Origin: Tubiluchus corallicola
Lineage: Eukaryota; Animalia; Priapulida
Assembly (NCBI GenBank): GCA_030141605.1
Contig: JAQGDQ010000070.1
Coordinates: forward strand, 186,001-250,000
Length of the DNA: 64,000 nucleotides
Reading direction: 5' to 3'
Shown: positions 57,801 to 64,000 of the stretch, one piece after another
Layout: each line of letters opens with the position of its first letter
Numbering within the stretch: the first letter of the stretch is position 1
Position numbers and translations under genes: made by a program
Notes under the pieces: model-generated
Told to the model about the DNA's origin: nothing
The model's database searches: none
What the model saw: the letters and a program-made list of their open reading frames with translations, nothing else

Positions 57801-60138
57801 AAATTGCCTCGCATTGCTGATTTATTCTATTTACAGAAGAAATCACCCGTATTGCCCTCAGGTAAAGTTGTTTATTGAATCTGGTGAAAAAGGAAGTAGC
57901 ATGTTCGCCATTTCCGGTTTGTAATTTTCCGCAATTGCTCATTTTGAACCAACGACAAAAATGGTGGGGGTTGTGAGCAGCTGTGTAAGACTGTTTTTTG
58001 TCAGGATAGCCATGCCATTGGATTTTGCATAGAGGCCAGATGAGTTTGTTTGTCGAAATTCTCAGTAGGATATCTATTCAAATTCGTTTTAAAAACCTGG
58101 CCAAGTATTTGATCACTATGTCCTGATTTAACTTTTTGTGCTTTGTTTTGTTTCGTGAAATATTGAAATCACATATTGATGCGTGTGTGAGATACATCAC
58201 ACGTTTGGTGCATCACACGTAAAAATGTCAGTTAAATGCACAAGTTGTTTGCAAATTTAGTTAAATATTCATAAATAAATACAATTGACATATCTGATAT
58301 ATAGATACATTATCAGTGGCTGCTGAGGTCTTGATTCTCTGTGACACATTCGTAAAGTCCTGTGTGAGGAGAATTCCCGCATTATATTAAATCAGTTTAA
58401 CCACAAGACAGCTAATCTAGCAGCTGTAATCTTCCTTGCTATCTGAGAGCAACCTTAGGTGAAAAGTGTGTATTGTGTTGTATGTACATTGTGGTTCAGG
58501 CACGTATATATAGCTCGCAGACATTCTAACCGGTAAATCCATTAAGAAGCTGATACTTGGCTTCTCTCCCTGAAGTGCAGTGCTTGATGATTGTGCCGCA
58601 TGGCTTCAAAGGATCAGAGACATCGATCTCTTGCCGTAATTTGCTGTGAAACGTCACCGGAGGATCGCGCTGGTTTTTGTCGCATCATAAGGTGTAAACG
58701 AGCACGAGTTGTGCCACGTCCCAGTTCTGAAAGTGCCTGTCCAAAAGGTTGGCTTTTTACTGAAAGCATGATTTCCGCCATCTTGAAATAACTGTCTACA
58801 TATAGTGACGTTAAAAGTATTTTTATAGGATTTTTAATATAAATTTACATTTATAAATTGTTTGTGGTTTTGAATATGCTTTTGTAAAATTATAAACATT
58901 GCAATTATTATTTGTATATTTTATGATTTATGCTGAAAAAAGCGGTAATATAATTTAGTGTAACATTTAACTGTCATGAGTCATGATTTTCTAGCACGAA
59001 TTTTGCGCCTAAGCTATTGCGCAAAATTAAAAGATTCTGGTGCAGAACATATAAGAAAGAAAACGCAGTTTGACATCACATTCTTTTCAATACTATTTCA
59101 GCAACGAATATAATGTGAAGCCTTAAATTAATAAAATAACTGTAAACTTACCACTTTCCAACTGTTATTGTTAACACTGATTCTGTATCCTGAACGTTTT
59201 GAAAACGTTTTATAGAATGGTGTGGAAGACTATTTTGGCATGATCAGTACAATCCAGTTATACAATCTAGATTCTTGGAAATTGATTATAAATGCATTAT
59301 CATGAGGAAAATGTATACATTATATAAACATATTTTGTTTGTAAAGATTCTTGTCTAGGTAGAAAATACTCTACCCCGGGGTGGACTGTATTGATCTAGA
59401 TCTATGCAAACAGTCACGTAGCCAGAAAGCCCACTACTGGTAGTGAACTTTTCGTACCCGCGACTATCTCCCGCGTATATAGTTTCAGAAGGTAGCCACT
59501 AGCCAGGCACTCGTTGCATGCAGGGGCGCTAACACTGTATTAATGACACAGTCAAAAGGTCTGCATGTAGTGTAAATAGGTCAAAGTTATTAAAAGTGTG
59601 AAAGGGCTCAAGAAGTCCAGGACGCGTCATGTATCTTCTCTTCGATGTAAACGAGGCGTTTAGTGAACGCGACATGTAATTACATCTTTTTTTCTACTTG
59701 TTTTAATCGTCGTTCGTGATGTTTTCTTATTCTTTGCACACACATCTTTTTACATTGATTACATAGTTGATAATTATTGCTGCAGAATTTTGAAGACCTT
59801 GGCTTCATCCATCACCGGGATTATCAAAACGTTCTGCGAAATTATCGTTTATTCGCGTTTATAAGTCGTTTAATTAAGAGCATAATTAGATGTCGTAATG
59901 AGATTATTGGGGAAATATTGAGACGCAGTACATCTCAGAAACACATCAATCAAGTCATGTTAGTTGATTAAATTGATCCGCAGTATTTAATATTTCCGAT
60001 AACGTAGCATGATTATTTTTAAAATTGTTAGTATTTTCAACTGTGTGAATGGGTAGTTAGCGGAATTTATAATATGATAATTGATGGGTCATGTATACCT
60101 ACCACAGTACTGACTACTGACGCAGTTCACCATGTGTA

Positions 60139-61461
60139 ATAAGTCGTAGAATCTTGTACAGTATTACTTATAAGTCATAGAATCTTGTACAGTATTACTT
60201 ATAAGTCATGGAATCTTGTAGAGTATTACTTATAAGTCATGGATCTTGTACAGTATTACTTATAAGTCGTAGAATCTTGTACAGTATTACTTATAAGTCA
60301 TAGAATCTTGTACAGTATTACTTATAAGTCATAGAATCTTGTACAGTATTACTTATAAGTCATGGATCTTGTACAGTATTACTTATAAGTCATAGAATCT
60401 TGTACAGTATTACTTATAAGTCATAGAATCTTGTACAGTATTACTTATAAGTCATGGATCTTGTACAGTATTACTTATAAGTCGTAGAATCTTGTACAGT
60501 ATTACTTATAAGTCATAGAATCTTGTACAGTATTACTTATAAGTCGTAGAATCTTGTACAGTATTACTTATAAGTCATAGATCTTGTACAGTATTACTTA
60601 TAAGTCATAGAATCTTGTACAGTATTACTTATAAGTCGTAGAATCTTGTACAGTATTACTTATAAGTCATAGATCTTGTACAGTATTACTTATCAGTCGT
60701 AGAATCTTGTACAGTATTACTTATAAGTCGTAGAATCTTGTACAGTATTACTTATAAGTCATAGATCTTGTACAGTATTACTTATCAGTCGTAGAATCTT
60801 GTACAGTATTACTTATAAGTCGTAGAATCTTGTACAGTATTACTTATAAGTCATAGATCTTGTACAGTATTACTTATCAGTCGTAGAATCTTGTACAGTA
60901 TTACTTATAAGTCGTAGAATCTTGTACAGTATTACTTATAAGTCATAGATCTTGTACAGTATTACTTATCAGTCGTAGAATCTTGTACAGTATTACTTAT
61001 AAGTCGTAGAATCTTGTACAGTATTACTTATAAGTCATAGATCTTGTACAGTATTACTTATCAGTCGTAGAATCTTGTACAGTATTACTTATAAGTCGTA
61101 GAATCTTGTACAGTATTACTTATAAGTCATAGAATATTGTACAGTATTACTTATCAGTCGTAGAATCTTGTACAGTATTACTTATAAGTCGTAGAATCTT
61201 GTACAGTATTACTTATAAGTCATAGATCTTGTACAGTATTACTTATCAGTCGTAGAATCTTGTACAGTATTACTTATCAGTCGTAGAATCTTGTACAGTA
61301 TTACTTATCAGTCGTAGAATCTTGTACAGTATTACTTATAAGTCATAGAATCTTGTACAGTATTACTTATAAGTCATAGAATCTTGTGCAGTATTACTTA
61401 TAAGTCATAGAATCTTGTACAGTATTACTTATTAGTCATAGAATCTTGTAGAGTATTACTT
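60139..61461. repeat. 31-bp tandem satellite, about 43 copies (ataagtcatagaatcttgtacagtattactt), with an internal 92-bp higher-order repeat
   Basis: Contiguous near-identical 30/31-bp units with no spacers. The variant unit atcagtcg recurs at 60692, 60784, 60876, 60968, 61060, 61153 and 61245. Confidence 0.98.
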
Positions 61462-61829
61462 TTTATTGTACTTTGTAAGTTTTATAAATATTGTTGTAGC
61501 TGCTATGAGTATAGTCAATGTAGACAACGCATAGTAAATCTACAAAACTTTTTCGTAAGATTATGGAGTCTCCAAACTTTTTAATTGCGACTTGGCAGCC
61601 TTTGTACACTATATTTATAGAAATGTTTGATGTTAAAGAATTTTGGTCTGAGTTCCACCGGCTATGTGTATTTAAGTTTAAATGTCATTTAAATAGTTCT
61701 TATGATGCAGCTTAACAACTAATGCCTAACTTGCATCTTTTTTCATTCTCAACTATAGTTCGTAGTTTAACATTTTTGACAGTCTGTCGTCGTCATATTT
61801 CAACACGTCACTAAAAGCTTGGTTGATGT

Positions 61830-62110
61830 CAATAAAATTCCATTTAGCTGGACTAACCAGAAAATTCTCACGAAATTCGTGTTTTGACTATAAAAAAGTT
61901 AAAGACGCCATGGTTTCGTGGATAATACGGGAAACCTTATACTTATTCCAAACTGCTTGGCAAACTTTGTCACTGCGTATAATCCGCTGGTCGTTAAAAG
62001 TGCTTTTAGTAAAATTGAAACTGCGTTGAATGTTGTTGATCGAGCTGCGATATTCAATATCAGTTTGATAAAATCTTCTTGTAAAGTTAGCTGAGGCGAA
62101 ACCGAGTGCT
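61830..62110 (-). mobile_element. Possible degenerate PIF/Harbinger-type transposase relic
   Basis: Frameshifted minus-strand peptides QTDIEYRSSINNIQR, FAKQFGIS and VSRIIHETMASL follow the order of the Harbinger HTH region (DTxxRxxI...LAxxFGISxSTVSRIIxE). Resemblance by eye only. Confidence 0.3.
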
Positions 62111-63177
62111 GCTTTCATTGCGAACGTCATTTTTGTGATTGGTATCTACGGGGTGGCCAGAAATGTATATACGGCCATTAAGTTGGGATAGTTTCGCGAA
62201 AATTTTAGTTCCTTGTAGCTCTGAAAGAACCAGCTTCTGTAAATATCTGGTGTCCGAGTCTGGCGGCTCCGGAATTGAAAAAGATAAGTCTCTTTCTCGC
62301 TGCAGCTTGCTGTTGTAATAAATAAATGCTTTAGTAATAGCAAGTTTTATTTGTGTCCGCCTTAATCCTTAAGCGTAAAAGATTTAAGATTTTAGATTTA
62401 AGTTTTTAGACCTCTGAGCTAAACAGAAGAAAGTTCGTTCAGTTTTAGATTCATTATTTGGTACCATGCGATGTGCAGTCATCCTTGGCTGAGATTTGTC
62501 AGTTATAAAAACTTTTTCTAGTGACGCTGTATTATGCTAATCGCGCACATATTTTAACGTAAGGGTGACAGTTTCTCCTGCACATTTGAACTTCTCAAAT
62601 TTGCTCTTCCCCTTATCGCCACGTGTTGATTGGCGTTCGTTATTGATTCCTATTGTCTATAGTTTACACGCTAATAACCCGATTTTGAGGTCTTTTTAAG
62701 AAAAAAAGTGACTTTCCTCCTAAAATTTATACTTTCTGCTGATGAATCAATGTCTAATATGTCAGTGTTTTCATCATCCTACGCGTTTATTTTAAACGTT
62801 AAACTTGCTGTTGGGAAACTATTTTTCTTGCTAGCTCTTCAAAAGTTAAACAGAGCGTAGCACTAATTCAATAATATCTCAATCTCGAACCTGGAAGAGT
62901 TAAATTCGAGGGAACTCGATCCATTAATGCAATCCCGCTATAATAATATCTGATCAAATTTCCGCAAGTGATTCTGGGATATATGAATATTATTAAGCAG
63001 CTAAGTTGCGTGTTGGGAATTTTCATCTTTATTTACTGTTCATTTACATGCAGCGATCGCATTCGATTAACAATCGCAGAAATTTGGAAAATATCCTTTT
63101 CCTATTTGATGTGACGCAAATCTTGATTTTCTGCAAAAAGTTTTTCGTATGTGGAATTTTATCAATGCAACTTATTA

Positions 63178-63435
63178 TAAAAACTATGAAGCGTTTGATG
63201 AATGAATAAATAATGATTTTTATTGCACATTCAGAAAAATCCATGCATATCCCTCTTCGCTATGCTAAATTAGCGCATTTTTTAGGCTTGATATTAGTAA
63301 TTATTAGTGATATTAAAAACTATGAAGCCCTTGGAAGAATAAATAAGTATTTTTTCTCATTCATCCAGAAGAATCCTTGCATATCCCCTTTCGCTATCCT
63401 TGTTTAGCGCATGTTTTAGGCTTGATATTAGTAAT
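63178..63435. repeat. Diverged ~136-bp tandem duplication
   Basis: taaaaactatgaagc...gcatatccc..ttcgctat...ttttaggcttgatattagtaat starts at 63178 and again at 63314. Confidence 0.85.
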
Positions 63436-63552
63436 GGCACTCCTTACTTACTCGGGTGTAATCAAAATGTGTTGTGTTTTAAAAATTCAGTGTGCAAGTA
63501 GGTGTCATTCCCTCACTCAGAAGTGTTTATTTTTCATGTGGGTAGAAAGTGT

Positions 63553-63622
63553 GTTAGTAGCTCAAATGGCTAGCGCTTGTGATCTGAAATCACAAGATTC
63601 TGGGTTCGAATCTTGACTGGCT
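63553..63622 (+). pseudogene. tRNA-derived relic (SINE head or tRNA pseudogene)
   Basis: A box TAGCTCAAATGG, B box GGTTCGAATC and hairpin cttgtgat/atcacaag. The anticodon loop and acceptor stem are non-canonical. Confidence 0.6.
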
Positions 63623-63699
63623 AAACTTTGTCACAGCTTCCTTCGAAATTTGACTTGTGATTATCTTTGAGATGTGCTCAAGTGTGTTATTTTTTGCAG

Positions 63700-63833
63700 G
63701 TATTAAAGGTGAATTATACTACGTGCGAGATGGTGTCATCAATAACTACGCCTTGGACTATCCGATGCCGATACCTCACGATATCTCCAAACTGAATTTT
63801 ACTTGGCAAAACAGACGTAATGAACCACCCGAT
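63700..63833 (+). CDS. RYK: RYK/derailed coding exon 2 (WIF domain); the gene continues beyond the window
   Basis: ttttttgcag acceptor ends at 63699 and GTAAGA donor starts at 63834. Encodes GIKGELYYVRDGVINNYALDYPMPIPHDISKLNFTWQ, matching the RYK/Drl ELYYVRxGxINxYAL...FTW signature rather than WIF1. Confidence 0.93.
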
Positions 63834-64000
63834 GTAAGAATGATTACTCAATGATTACCAATTATTACACAGTGAATAAATAAATAAACGGAATAGACAG
63901 TTGGTATAGGGTTTAGATGTATTAGAATATCTTTTTTTATATTCAATTTGGCCCACGACGAACCAGAAACCAACATTCAACAGAGGGTCCTGTTAACATT

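Noticed and set aside
60139-61461. CRISPR array (31-bp repeats)
   Set aside because: The units are directly contiguous with no unique spacers, there are no cas genes, and the context is eukaryotic.
63553-63622. Functional tRNA gene
   Set aside because: No canonical 7-nt anticodon loop with U33, and the acceptor and T stems pair poorly.
22423-63699. TCF/LEF (CTTTGAT) sites as a Wnt feedback signature, plus scattered CTCF-like motifs (e.g. 37191, 41021) and TCTCGCGAGA at 49849
   Set aside because: The handful seen is of the order expected by chance in 41 kb of this composition; enrichment cannot be shown without computation.

Overview
AT-rich, microsatellite-rich eukaryotic genomic DNA with GT-AG spliceosomal introns, most likely from a bilaterian invertebrate. 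Most entries in the supplied ORF track (TTG/GTG starts, homopolymer peptides) are artefacts. Four genes are supported. (1) The last eight exons of a peroxisomal firefly-luciferase-like/4CL-like acyl-CoA synthetase (734-5884, +, ends in SRL; 5' exons lie before the window). (2) A mitochondrial-clan cytochrome P450 with an uninterrupted CDS (8714-10270, +). (3) A Tre1/Moody/GPR84-type class A GPCR with an uninterrupted CDS (12526-13647, -) lacking the D2.50 residue. (4) The first two coding exons of the Wnt receptor RYK/derailed (22311-22422 and 63700-63833, +), separated by a ~41.3 kb intron. The non-coding DNA holds a hAT deletion derivative with a perfect 8-bp target-site duplication (TSD), a 31-bp satellite with a 92-bp higher-order repeat, other minisatellites, a fold-back element, 5S- and tRNA-derived relics and degenerate transposon fragments. 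No CRISPR array or prokaryotic system is present. The best candidate for an undescribed system is the compact acyl-CoA ligase / P450 / lipid-type GPCR trio, but its functional linkage is only an inference.
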